Of a stretch of 54,930 bases of DNA, positions 1 through 9,473 are shown in pieces. The DNA is from an uncultured Novosphingobium sp. (GTDB lineage Bacteria; Pseudomonadota; Alphaproteobacteria; Sphingomonadales; Sphingomonadaceae). The stretch spans positions 18,866-73,795 of the forward strand of contig CAZNBX010000001.1 in NCBI GenBank assembly GCA_964571305.1, read 5' to 3'. Position numbers and translations under genes: made by a program. Every line of letters starts with the position of its first letter. Position 1 is the first letter of the stretch. The notes below the pieces were generated by a model that did not search any database, had not been told where the DNA came from, and worked only from the letters and a program-made list of their open reading frames with translations.

Positions 1-66
1 GGTGCTGCAAGGGCAATACGAACTGCCGCCGATTGAACGGGTGGAACCTGCCGGAGTGAAGCGCCC

Positions 67-1971
67 ATGATCGGCAAGCGGGCGCGATATCTGCTGTCGG
101 CCGGATTGCTGCTCACCACGTTGGCAGCTTGCGACAAGCTCCCCGCCGGTCTCGGTGGCAAGACCGACAAGCCAGTCGAGTTGACCCAGTACCCCGAGCG
201 CGTGTTTTGGGGTGATACCCATCTTCATACCGCCAACTCACCCGACGCTTTTGGGTTCGGCAATCGGCTAGAGCCTGAAGAAGCACTGCGGTTTGCCCGG
301 GGTGAGGAAGTGACCTCGACCATGGGCGTCAAGGCCAGGCTGGCTCGCCCGCTCGACTGCCTGGTGATTGCTGATCACGCGGATGGATTGGGTTTCGTCA
401 AGGCGCTCGCTGATGCGCCGCGCTTTTTGCTGCCCAATGACAAGCTGAAGCGCTGGCACGATATGTTCAATGGCGGGCCCGAGCAGTCGTCCCGGGCCAT
501 GGCGGAAATGATCGACTTTGCCGGCAGTCCTGAAGCAAAAGGCCTTGCCGATCCGAAGAAGGTTGCCGAACAGACCGCGTCGCTTTGGGCCAAGCACATC
601 AAGACTGTCGAAGCCTACAACGAGCCGGGCAAGTTCACCGCCTTCTTCGGCTTCGAATATACCTTGATGCCCAATGGCAACAATCTTCACCGGGTGGTGA
701 TGTTCCGGGATGGCCCGGACAAGGTTGGCAAGGTCCAGCCGTTTACCACCGCCCAAGGAGATCGGCCCGAGGCATTGTGGGATTACATGGATGCCTACGA
801 GCGCAACCAGCACGGCCGCGTGCTGGCGATCCCGCACAACAGCAATGTCTCCAATGGCTTGATGTTCGAACTGACCGGACCAGGTGGTGGTCCGATGACG
901 GCAGCCCAGGCCCGCCGCCGCGCTGCGCACGAGCCGGTGGTCGAGGTTACCCAGATCAAGGGTGACAGCGAGGCTCATCCATTCCTGTCGCCCACCGACG
1001 AGTTTGCCGGGTTCGGGGTGACAGGCTGGGACAAGGCCAATCTGAACGCCAAGCAGGCGACGACGCCAGCCATGTATGGTGGCAACTACGTGCGCGAGGC
1101 CCTTAAGCGGGGGCTGCTGATCCAGGATCGGACCGGTGAGAACCCCTATCGCTTTGGCCTGATCGGATCGACCGACAGCCATACGGGCCTGGCCACTGCC
1201 GATGAGAACAATTTCTTCGGCAAGCACACCGGCAATGAGCCGACCCCGCAGGGAAAGGACCGGGTAACCCCGGCCATGGACATGGGTACTGGCCTGGGCC
1301 GATTTAACTGGCAGTACCTGGCAGGCGGCTATGCCGGGGTCTGGGCGCGCGGCAACACGCGCGAGGCGATCTTCGATGCCCTGATGCGGCGCGAGGTTTA
1401 CGCGACGACAGGTCCGCGCATCACCGTGCGGTTCTTTGGCGGATGGGACTTTGCCAAGGGCGACCTGTCCGGTGATTGGGTTAAAGCCGGATATCGGCGC
1501 GGGGTCCCGATGGGCGGTCTCCTTAAGGGGCAGGGCAGGGCTGCGCCAAGCTTCATCGTTTCGGCGCTCAAGGATCCGATTGGCGCCAATCTCGACCGGC
1601 TTCAGGTCGTCAAGGGGTGGACCGACGCCAGCGGCAAGGCACATGAAAAGGTTTTCGATGTTGCCTGGAGCTCGCCAGAGACACGTCGGATGGTCGGGGG
1701 CAAGGTGCCCGCCGTTGGCAATACGGTGAACCTGTCAGTGCCGAGTTTCAGCAATTCGATCGGTGCGGCCAGCCTGGCGACAGTCTGGCGCGATCCCGAA
1801 TTCGATCCGAACCGCCGCGCGTTCTACTACTTGCGCGTCATCGAAATCCCCACGCCGCGCTGGGTCGCCTATGACGCCGTGCGCTATCGCCTCAAGCTCG
1901 CTCCGGAGATCCAGGTGATCTCGCAGGAACGGGCCTATACTTCCCCCATCTGGTACGAGCCTAAATCATGA
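67..1971 (+). CDS. DUF3604-family lipoprotein (PHP-like metallohydrolase fold)
   Basis: Lipobox LAAC; motifs WGDTHLHT, PHNSN, EVTQIKGDSE, GSTDSH and C-terminal QERAYTSPIWY typical of DUF3604. Confidence 0.85.
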   Translation: MIGKRARYLLSAGLLLTTLAACDKLPAGLGGKTDKPVELTQYPERVFWGDTHLHTANSPDAFGFGNRLEPEEALRFARGEEVTSTMGVKARLARPLDCLVIADHADGLGFVKALADAPRFLLPNDKLKRWHDMFNGGPEQSSRAMAEMIDFAGSPEAKGLADPKKVAEQTASLWAKHIKTVEAYNEPGKFTAFFGFEYTLMPNGNNLHRVVMFRDGPDKVGKVQPFTTAQGDRPEALWDYMDAYERNQHGRVLAIPHNSNVSNGLMFELTGPGGGPMTAAQARRRAAHEPVVEVTQIKGDSEAHPFLSPTDEFAGFGVTGWDKANLNAKQATTPAMYGGNYVREALKRGLLIQDRTGENPYRFGLIGSTDSHTGLATADENNFFGKHTGNEPTPQGKDRVTPAMDMGTGLGRFNWQYLAGGYAGVWARGNTREAIFDALMRREVYATTGPRITVRFFGGWDFAKGDLSGDWVKAGYRRGVPMGGLLKGQGRAAPSFIVSALKDPIGANLDRLQVVKGWTDASGKAHEKVFDVAWSSPETRRMVGGKVPAVGNTVNLSVPSFSNSIGAASLATVWRDPEFDPNRRAFYYLRVIEIPTPRWVAYDAVRYRLKLAPEIQVISQERAYTSPIWYEPKS

Positions 1972-2591
1972 CCGATCTCGAAGCCCGCATTGACCGCCTG
2001 GAGTCGCTTGATGCGATCCGCCAACTCCCTGCGAAATACGCCCTTGCGCTGGACATGCGCGACATGGAAGCGATGGTTTCGCTGTTTCCGGAGGATGTCC
2101 GCGTTGGCAAGGATGCCTCTGGCCGACAGGCGCTGCGGGCTTACATGGACCGCACCTTGCGCTCTCCGTTTACCGGAACTTCCCATCATATCGGCGGTCA
2201 TGTCATCGAATTCGACGATGCCGATCATGCGCACGGCATGGTCTATTCCAAGAACGAGCATGAAACCGGCGACGAATGGGTCATCATGCAGATGATGTAT
2301 GTCGACGATTACGTCCGCCAGAACGGGCGCTGGCACTTCGCGCGACGCCTGCCGCTCTATTGGTACGCAACCGACCTCAACAAGCCGCCAATCGGCGAGA
2401 ACAAGATGCGCTGGCCGGGGACGGAATGGGTGGAAGGCAACTTTCACAAACTGTTCCCGAGCTATGCCGAATTCTGGGCCAGGGAAGGCGATCACGGTGG
2501 CCCGGTGGCCGAGCCGGCACCGCTTGAAGGATTCCTCAACGCCATGCGGCGCGGTGCTGCGGCTCCGAAAGTGAAGGTCCGGGCCGACTAG
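1968..2591 (+). CDS. SnoaL-like/NTF2-family protein (BaiE-like dehydratase fold)
   Basis: LEARIDRLESLDAIRQLPAKYALALD N-terminus and YVDDYVRQNGRWHF; ATGA overlap with upstream gene. Confidence 0.8.
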   Translation: MTDLEARIDRLESLDAIRQLPAKYALALDMRDMEAMVSLFPEDVRVGKDASGRQALRAYMDRTLRSPFTGTSHHIGGHVIEFDDADHAHGMVYSKNEHETGDEWVIMQMMYVDDYVRQNGRWHFARRLPLYWYATDLNKPPIGENKMRWPGTEWVEGNFHKLFPSYAEFWAREGDHGGPVAEPAPLEGFLNAMRRGAAAPKVKVRAD

Positions 2592-2601
2592 GAACGGATT
2601 G

Positions 2602-2642
2602 CCAAGGGGAGCAGGCGCCAGAAGTGGTCGCTTGCCCCTTGG
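2602..2642. terminator. GC-rich hairpin between convergent genes
   Basis: CCAAGGGG...CCCCTTGG inverted repeat after the stop at 2591; no clear U-tract. Confidence 0.35.
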
Positions 2643-2726
2643 CGGCCAGCCGTGATCCGCTGACATGGCCGGCATCGTCGCTGGCCCGCTGGGCCACCGC
2701 TGCGGCGTGCCCCGCAAGTCGCAGGC

Positions 2727-4436
2727 TTATGCCTGGTTGCTTCCGGTCATGTGGTTTGCGGCGATATAGCCAAAGGTCAGGGCAGGGCCGATGGTGACCC
2801 CTGCACCTGGGTAGCTTTCGCCCATGGCCGAGGCCGCGCTGTTGCCGATCGCATAGAGCCCTTCGATCGGCTTGCCCGCCGCGCCGATCACGCGGGCCAG
2901 CGGGTCGGTCCTGAGACCGCCGTTGGTGCCGATGTCGCCGGGGTAGATCGGCATGGCGTAGAACGGCCCCTTTTCGATCGGGCGCAGGCAGGGATTGGGG
3001 CCAACGCGAGGATCGCCGTACATCTTGTCGTAGGCCGCTTCGCCGCGGTGGAAATCGGGATCCTCCCCCTTTGCGGCAAAGCTGTTGAAGCGGTCGATCG
3101 TGGCTTCGAAAGTGGCCGGATCGACGCCCATTTCCCTTGCCAGTTCACCGATCGTGCGGCCCTTCTTGAGGATCGTCTTGACCATCCCGTTCTGCGCCCA
3201 GTCCGGCACCAGCGGATAGAGCGGGCCGACCGGGTAATTGTGGCGATAGGTGTGGTCGAAGACGAACCAGGTCGGGCTGGCATCGCCATGTTCGCGCTGC
3301 TGGCGGGCCATTTGCTGGCCGACGATGTGATAGGATGCGGCCTCGTTGAGGTACCGCTTGCCCGACTGGTTGACCATGATGCAGCCGGGCAAGGCGCGTT
3401 CGATGGTGCAGAGCCGGCCGCGATCCTCACCGGGCACATAGAACACCGGGGCGGCCCAGGCCGACTGCATATTCATCGTATCGGCACCCGCAGCCTGGCC
3501 AGCCCGGATGGCATCGCCGGTGTTACCGCTGGTTCCGCCCGAATACTGCGCGCTGGGATAGAGCGGTGCATGGGCATCGCGCATGGCCTGGTTCTTGTCG
3601 AACCCGCCGGCGGCCAGAATTACCCCCTTGCGGGCGCGGATGCGCAGCGGCTCTCCGTTGTGGTTGACGAGCGCGCCCACGACCTTGCCGTTCTCGACGA
3701 TCAGGTCCTCCAGCGAGGTGCGCAGCCACAGGGGCACGTTCTTTTCGTTCAGGGCCAGGCGCAGTCCGCCTGCCAGGGCGTTGCCCAGTGTCAGGCGCCT
3801 GTCCTTGCGCGAGATGAAGCGGAAGGGCCAGTCCAGCCAATAGCGCATCAGGCTCTTGGCAAGGTGCCAGTGCCAACCGGGGCCGCGAAACAGCAGCAGG
3901 TAGGTCTCGTCGAAATGCCAGTTAAGATAGCCGAACAGCGAAGCCGCGGGCGAAGCGAAGCGCAGCGTCCGGACGTCCTTGCCAAGGCGCTTGCCATCGA
4001 GCGGCAAGGGCATGTGGGTGCGATAGCCGGTCGGCGATCCGCCCGGGTTTTCGGCGTGGTAATCGGGATAGGGAAAGGCCTGGTAATCGATCTCGGTATT
4101 GTCGCCCATCCAGCGCAGCATCTTGGCCGCGTTCTCCACGAAGGCGCGGATGTTCTCATCGGGAACGTTGTCAGCCGATAGCGCGCGGACATATTTGAAG
4201 GCATCGTCCAGATTGTCGTGGAACCCGGCTGCTGCGGCCTGGTCGCTGGCGGGTATCCAGATCCCCGCGCCCGAGGTGGCCGAGGTGCCGCCCCACAGGG
4301 CTTCCTTTTCGATGATCAGGACGTCGGCGTGGTTCTTGGCGGCGACTAGCGCTGAGAGCATTCCGCCCGCACCGGACCCGACCACCAGAACGTCGACTTC
4401 CTTGCCCCACTCCTGCCCGGTTTTTGCCTTGTTCAT
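2727..4436 (-). CDS. kstD: 3-ketosteroid delta1-dehydrogenase-like FAD-binding oxidoreductase
   Basis: DVLVVGSGAGG, GGTSATSGAGIW, YPDY, GDIGTNGGL, YPGAG motifs; start reassigned to ATG 4436 (MNKAKTGQEW) because the longer ORF overlaps the next gene. Confidence 0.8.
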   Translation of the reverse strand: MNKAKTGQEWGKEVDVLVVGSGAGGMLSALVAAKNHADVLIIEKEALWGGTSATSGAGIWIPASDQAAAAGFHDNLDDAFKYVRALSADNVPDENIRAFVENAAKMLRWMGDNTEIDYQAFPYPDYHAENPGGSPTGYRTHMPLPLDGKRLGKDVRTLRFASPAASLFGYLNWHFDETYLLLFRGPGWHWHLAKSLMRYWLDWPFRFISRKDRRLTLGNALAGGLRLALNEKNVPLWLRTSLEDLIVENGKVVGALVNHNGEPLRIRARKGVILAAGGFDKNQAMRDAHAPLYPSAQYSGGTSGNTGDAIRAGQAAGADTMNMQSAWAAPVFYVPGEDRGRLCTIERALPGCIMVNQSGKRYLNEAASYHIVGQQMARQQREHGDASPTWFVFDHTYRHNYPVGPLYPLVPDWAQNGMVKTILKKGRTIGELAREMGVDPATFEATIDRFNSFAAKGEDPDFHRGEAAYDKMYGDPRVGPNPCLRPIEKGPFYAMPIYPGDIGTNGGLRTDPLARVIGAAGKPIEGLYAIGNSAASAMGESYPGAGVTIGPALTFGYIAANHMTGSNQA

Positions 4437-4470
4437 CAGCTTGCTCCCGCCGCCGCGTCCAGTTTCTAAT

Positions 4471-5244
4471 TCAGGACGGAATGTAAAGCTGCGCCGACTT
4501 GCCGCCGTCAACCGGCAGGGCGACGCCCGTAATGTAGCTGGCCGCATCGGACAGCAGGAAGACGATCGCTTCGGCCAATTCGTCGGGATTGCCGCCGCGC
4601 CCCATCGGGATAGCACCGGCCGTTTTCGCGGCCAGTTCCGGGGCCTTTTCGGCAAAGTCCAGAGTGGCGGCCGTATTGACCTGGCCCGGGACCACGGCGT
4701 TGACGCGAATGCCCTTCGTCGCGCCTTCCATGGCCGCAACGGCGGTGAACTGGATCAGTGCCGCCTTGGATGCCGAGTAACTGGAATAGTTCGCCATCGC
4801 GCGGATCGCCGTGGTCGACGAGATGTTGACGATGGAGCCCTTGCCCTGCTTTGCCATGACCCCCATCGCCGCCTTGGTACCGATGAACACGGCATCTGCA
4901 TTTACGGCGAAATCCTTGCGCCAGTGATCCAGCGTCAGGCGGCTGATCGGGGCGTAATGGGTCGACATCGCGTTGTTGACCAGCATGTCGAGCCGGCCAT
5001 GGCGTTCGGCCACGTCATTGATCAGGGCGGTGAACGCGTCAAAGTCGGTCACGTCGAGCTGGACGGCTTCGATCTTGCCGCCTTCCGCTGCGATCTTTGC
5101 CTTGGCCTCGTCCAGCATTTCCTGACGGCGGCCGCAAATGACCACTTGCGCGCCGCGCCGGGCCAGCAAGGCCGCCGTCGCAAAACCGATGCCATCGCTG
5201 CCGCCGGTAACGATGGCGACCTGTCCGTTAAGATCCTGGTTCAT
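4471..5244 (-). CDS. SDR family oxidoreductase
   Basis: TGGSDGIG, NNA, YSASK. Confidence 0.92.
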   Translation of the reverse strand: MNQDLNGQVAIVTGGSDGIGFATAALLARRGAQVVICGRRQEMLDEAKAKIAAEGGKIEAVQLDVTDFDAFTALINDVAERHGRLDMLVNNAMSTHYAPISRLTLDHWRKDFAVNADAVFIGTKAAMGVMAKQGKGSIVNISSTTAIRAMANYSSYSASKAALIQFTAVAAMEGATKGIRVNAVVPGQVNTAATLDFAEKAPELAAKTAGAIPMGRGGNPDELAEAIVFLLSDAASYITGVALPVDGGKSAQLYIPS

Positions 5245-5334
5245 GGCCTCTCCTGAATGCTTGATCTGGTATTGCCGCCGGGCGGCCGGAATCGAAACGC
5301 AATTGACGTAGATGTGGGGTTTCTGTCAACTTAA

Positions 5335-5364
5335 TGCGTAATTCATAAAATTGAAAATTACGAA
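5335..5364. promoter_or_regulatory. Operator-like palindrome copy 1
   Basis: TGCGTA-N18-TACGAA in the divergent promoter region 5244/5383. Confidence 0.65.
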
Positions 5365-5382
5365 TCCTTCGGTTGGAGAGGT

Positions 5383-6147
5383 GTGATGAGCAAACTTTCG
5401 CGCAACGTGGCATTGGTAACCGGTGCAGGGCAAGGCGTTGGCCAGGGTATTGCACTGGCCCTTGCAGCCGAAGGCGCTGCGGTCGCCGTTACCGGGCGGA
5501 CCCTCGCCAAGCTGGAGGCGACCTGTGCCTTGATCGCCGAAAGGGGCGGCACGGCGTTGGCTGTGACCGGCAATGTCAAGGATCCAGCGGATCTTGCGGC
5601 CATGGTCGAGCAAGCCGTCAGCAAGCTTGGCGGGCTGGATATCCTCGTCAACAATGCCCAGGAAGTCCCCAATGGCCGGTTGCTTGATGTCAGCGACGAA
5701 GCATTTCTGGCCGGGTTTGAATCCGGACCACTTGCGGCATTCCGGCTGATGAGGCTGGCGTATCCCCATATGGTCGCGCGGGGCGGCGGGGTGATCGTCA
5801 ACCTTGCGTCGTCGGCGGGCATTCGCTGGGACATGAGCGGCTATGGTGCCTATGGCGCGGTCAAGCAGGCGACCCGGGTGCTGACCCGCGCCGCGGCAGC
5901 GGAATGGGGGCGCGAGGGCATTCGCGTCCTGACCATCGCGCCCCACGCGGAAAGCCCGGGACTTAAATGGTGGATCGCCAACAACCCGGACGAGGCAGAG
6001 GCGTTCTTCCGGACGATTCCGCTGGGGCGTATCGGCAAGCTCGAGGAGGACATCGGCCGTGCGGTTGCCGCCCTATGCGGACCGGACATGGCCTATCTGA
6101 CCGGGGCTACCATTCCGCTGGATGGCGGTCAGGCAAACTTTGACTGA
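5383..6147 (+). CDS. SDR family oxidoreductase
   Basis: TGAGQGVG, NNA, YGAVK; GGAGAGG RBS. Confidence 0.92.
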   Translation: MMSKLSRNVALVTGAGQGVGQGIALALAAEGAAVAVTGRTLAKLEATCALIAERGGTALAVTGNVKDPADLAAMVEQAVSKLGGLDILVNNAQEVPNGRLLDVSDEAFLAGFESGPLAAFRLMRLAYPHMVARGGGVIVNLASSAGIRWDMSGYGAYGAVKQATRVLTRAAAAEWGREGIRVLTIAPHAESPGLKWWIANNPDEAEAFFRTIPLGRIGKLEEDIGRAVAALCGPDMAYLTGATIPLDGGQANFD

Positions 6148-6156
6148 GGGCGGGCC

Positions 6157-6858
6157 ATGGAAAAGGTGATTTGCCTCTTGTGGCGCGACGAGCACGAAGA
6201 TCGAGCCGCCTTCAATACGAGCGTGCTGGAGCACCTGCCCGGCGCCTTGGCAGCGGCGGGTGCCACGAACATTCGCCTCAACCTCGAGGACGGCATTGTT
6301 GCTCGCGGTGCGCACCTGCGCCAAACGCGCGGTACTGTGCAGCACGACGCAGTGGCGCAGTTCTGGCTGCCGTCGGCCAATGCCTTGTTCCGGGCTGGCG
6401 TAGATGCGGCGCTTGATGCGTGCTGTGACCGCTGGACGGGGTGGGTTGTCGCGGAGTCCACCATCATCGCCAACACCCTGCATCCGGCTTGTCCGGGCCA
6501 GCGCACGGCGGGTTGGGCGCAAATGGCCTTTCTGACTGTCCCGCAGGACATGACGCACGGCGAGTGGCTGGAGCGCTGGCAGGGCGACCATACGCTGGTC
6601 GCGATCGAGACGCAGTCGAACTTTGAATACGTTCAGAACGTCATCGTGCGGGCGTTGCAGGAAGGTTCACCGCCTTACGCGGCAATCGTCGAGGAATGCT
6701 TTCCCGAAGCGGCATTGACCGATCCCTTCACCTTCTTTGATGCGCCAGGCGACCCGGCTGGCTTCAAGGTCAATCTCGACCGCATGATGGCCAGTTGTGA
6801 CCGCTTCATTGCGCCGGGCACTATCGACGTGATCCCAACCGGTCAGTACACTTACTAG
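6157..6858 (+). CDS. EthD-domain (dimeric alpha-beta barrel) protein
   Basis: MEKVICLLW, W..DHT.VAIETQSNFEYVQN, AAIVEECFP pattern seen in steroid-cluster EthD-like proteins. Confidence 0.6.
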   Translation: MEKVICLLWRDEHEDRAAFNTSVLEHLPGALAAAGATNIRLNLEDGIVARGAHLRQTRGTVQHDAVAQFWLPSANALFRAGVDAALDACCDRWTGWVVAESTIIANTLHPACPGQRTAGWAQMAFLTVPQDMTHGEWLERWQGDHTLVAIETQSNFEYVQNVIVRALQEGSPPYAAIVEECFPEAALTDPFTFFDAPGDPAGFKVNLDRMMASCDRFIAPGTIDVIPTGQYTY

Positions 6859-6920
6859 GCGGAAGAAACCTGGGCGTTGACTGCGCGATCCATCGAGAGG
6901 ATCGCTCTTTGGAGTGCAAA

Positions 6921-6950
6921 TGCGCAAATGATTGCGCTTTGTAATTCGCA
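6921..6950. promoter_or_regulatory. Operator-like palindrome copy 2
   Basis: TGCGCA-N18-TTCGCA upstream of the SDR/acyl-CoA ligase operon. Confidence 0.6.
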
Positions 6951-7008
6951 AAACATCGCTTAACGTGGCTTGCGACACGCTAATGCGTCGAATCGAGGGA
7001 GATGGAAG

Positions 7009-7878
7009 GTGGCGGCAAGAGTCGCGCTCGTGACTGGAGCGAGCAGAGGTGCTGGACGCGGGATCGCGCGTGGTTTCGGTGAACTGGGTTATACCGTCTA
7101 TGTCACGGGTCGTACCGTTTCCCCGGGTGACGCCAAGGGCTGGGACGGCTCGGTCCTGCCGGGGACCGTGGCCGAAACCGCTGCTGAAGTGACTGCGGCA
7201 GGCGGCAAGGGGATTGCCGTCATGTGTGACCACAGCGACGACGCACAGGTCGCCGCCTTGTTCGAGCAGATCGAGCGCGAGCAGGGCAGGCTGGACGTTC
7301 TGGTCAACAATGCCACTTATATCCACCACCAGTTGATCGAGAAGAAGCCGTTCTGGGAAAAGGAACTGGCGGCGGTGAACATCCTCGATGTCGGACTGCG
7401 CTCAGCCTATGTAGCAAGCTGGCATGCGGCGCAGATGATGGTCCGTCAGGGTAGCGGGATGATCGCCTTTGGCTCATCCTTCGGTGGTTCGTGCTATATG
7501 CATGGTCCGGCCTATGGGGCGCAGAAGGCGGGCGTGGACAAGTTTGCCCACGACATGGAGCACGACCTGCGCGGCACCGGCGTTGTTACCGTGTCGATCT
7601 GGATGGGGCCTCTGGTTACCGAACGTTCGCTGATCGCGCGTGAAACCAATCCCGAGCAGTACGAAGGGTTCATCGAAACGGCGGAGAACCCGGAGTTCAC
7701 GGCCCATATCATCGACGCAGTCGACCGCGCGCCGAACCGTGACGAACTGTCCGGTCAGACTTTGATCGCGGCAGAGATTGCCCAGCAACTGGGCATTACC
7801 GACCGGGGCAATGTGCGTCCGTCCTATCGCGAGATGCTGGGCAGCCCGCGACCGAAAAATCCTGCTGCGGTCTATTGA
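7009..7878 (+). CDS. SDR family oxidoreductase (DHRS1-like)
   Basis: VTGASRGAGRGIA, YGAQK; GTG start at 7009 after GAGGGAG/GGAAG. Confidence 0.9.
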   Translation: MAARVALVTGASRGAGRGIARGFGELGYTVYVTGRTVSPGDAKGWDGSVLPGTVAETAAEVTAAGGKGIAVMCDHSDDAQVAALFEQIEREQGRLDVLVNNATYIHHQLIEKKPFWEKELAAVNILDVGLRSAYVASWHAAQMMVRQGSGMIAFGSSFGGSCYMHGPAYGAQKAGVDKFAHDMEHDLRGTGVVTVSIWMGPLVTERSLIARETNPEQYEGFIETAENPEFTAHIIDAVDRAPNRDELSGQTLIAAEIAQQLGITDRGNVRPSYREMLGSPRPKNPAAVY

Positions 7879-9473
7879 CCATGGCCAGCCAATATCACCT
7901 TGCCGACCTGTTCGAGACCGTCGCGGCCACGGTCCCCGATCGCATTGCCGTGATCTCGGATTCGCGGACCGATACCTATGCCGAACTGAACCGCCGCGCC
8001 GAAGGGCTTGCGGCCGGGCTGGCGGCGCATGGGATCGGGCGCGGGGATACGGTCGGCCTTTACCTGATGAACAGCGCCGAGCACCTCGAAGCGCTGATCG
8101 CCGCGCTCAAGCTTGGCGCCGTGCCGTTCAACGTGAATTACCGCTATCGTGCCGACGAGCTGCGGTACCTGTTCGACAACGCGCAGGCCGCAGCGATCAT
8201 TCATGGTGCCGAATTCACCGAGATTGTGCGCGCGCTGCGTCCCGAATTGCCTGGCCTGAAGGTCAGCGTGGCGGTCGCTGATGGTAGCGGAGCGGACACC
8301 GCCGGTTCCGTGTCGTTCGAGGACCTTGTCGCCACTCCTCCGGCCGGGCCCTACGAGCGGCACGAGGAAGACATCATCCTGACCTATACCGGCGGGACGA
8401 CCGGCATGCCCACCGGCGCGATGTGGCCGCACAAGCCCTAGGTCTGCGCCTGTGCTGGCGGGGCGGGCTATTTCAATCCGCTGGGTCCGCTCGACCGGCC
8501 CGAAGGCATCGCGGAGCGGGCTGCCAAGGGATACCCGCTCAAGATGTTCCCCCTGGCGCCGCTGATGCATGCTGCCGCCGTCTGGTCGACTTGGTCCGGT
8601 CTGCTCAATGGTCTCACCATCGTGCTCGACGAAGCACGCAGCTATGATCCAGAGGCCATTCTCGACAAGGTCGAGCGGCTGGGGGTCAACATCGTCCAGA
8701 TCGTCGGCGATGCCATGGCCATTCCGATCCGGGATGCGCTGAACGCCAATCCCGGACGGTGGAACCTGTCGGGCCTGGTCAATTTCGGCTCGGGCGGGGC
8801 GGTCTTCTCGGCGCACATCAAGGACGACATCCGCAAGCACTTGCCCGATACCTGCCATGTCAGCGATGGCATGGGTTCGTCAGAGACCGGGATTTCCGGC
8901 CAGGCTGCTGCCAGTAGCGATGGGGTCATGCGACTGCCCGCCAACGAGGTGCAGCAGGTCGTTGTAGATCAGCGCTTGGCCGAGGTCGGTGAAACCGGCC
9001 TGATCGCGCGTTGTGGTCATACACCGGTCGGCTATTTCGGCGATCCGGTGAAGACTGCGGAGACCTTCCGCCGTATCGACAACAAGTTGTGGGCGGTTTC
9101 CGGGGATGCCGGACGGCTCGATGCCGATGGCATGATCACCATGTTCGGGCGCGGTTCGACCTGCATCAATACGGGCGGTGAAAAGGTCTTTCCCGAAGAA
9201 GTCGAGGAAGCGCTGCGGGCCCACCCGGCGGTATTCGATGCAGTCGTTGCCGGGCAGAGCGATGACCGCTGGGGTGAGCGCGTGATTGGCATTGTCTCGC
9301 TGCGACAAGGTGTTTCCCAGCCCGACTTTGCCGAAATCAAGAGCTTCCTTGCCGACAGGTTGGCCGGATACAAGGTGCCCAAGGGGCTGGTCTGGGTCGA
9401 GGCGGTGCGCCGCTCTCCGGCTGGAAAGCAGGATTATCGTTGGGCGAAGGAAGTGGCAGCGAAGGCGACATGA
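7875..9473 (+). pseudogene. Acyl-CoA synthetase (FadD19-like) interrupted by in-frame TAG at 8439-8441
   Basis: ORFs 7875-8441 and 8544-9473 share one frame; YTGGTTGMP AMP-binding motif, GSSETG, SGD, INTGGEKVFPEEVE, GK. Confidence 0.8.

Noticed and set aside
268-4181. Long antisense ORFs (268-1644, 1935-2717, 2751-4181) and similar ones throughout, e.g. 11082-12257, 22526-23743, 40259-41737, 44128-45252
   Set aside because: They are shadows of well-supported genes on the opposite strand, expected in high-GC DNA, and carry no recognisable motifs
8439-8441. Pyrrolysine or programmed amber read-through in the acyl-CoA synthetase
   Set aside because: No pyl genes in the window, other genes use TAG as a normal stop, and neighbouring conserved residues are also altered
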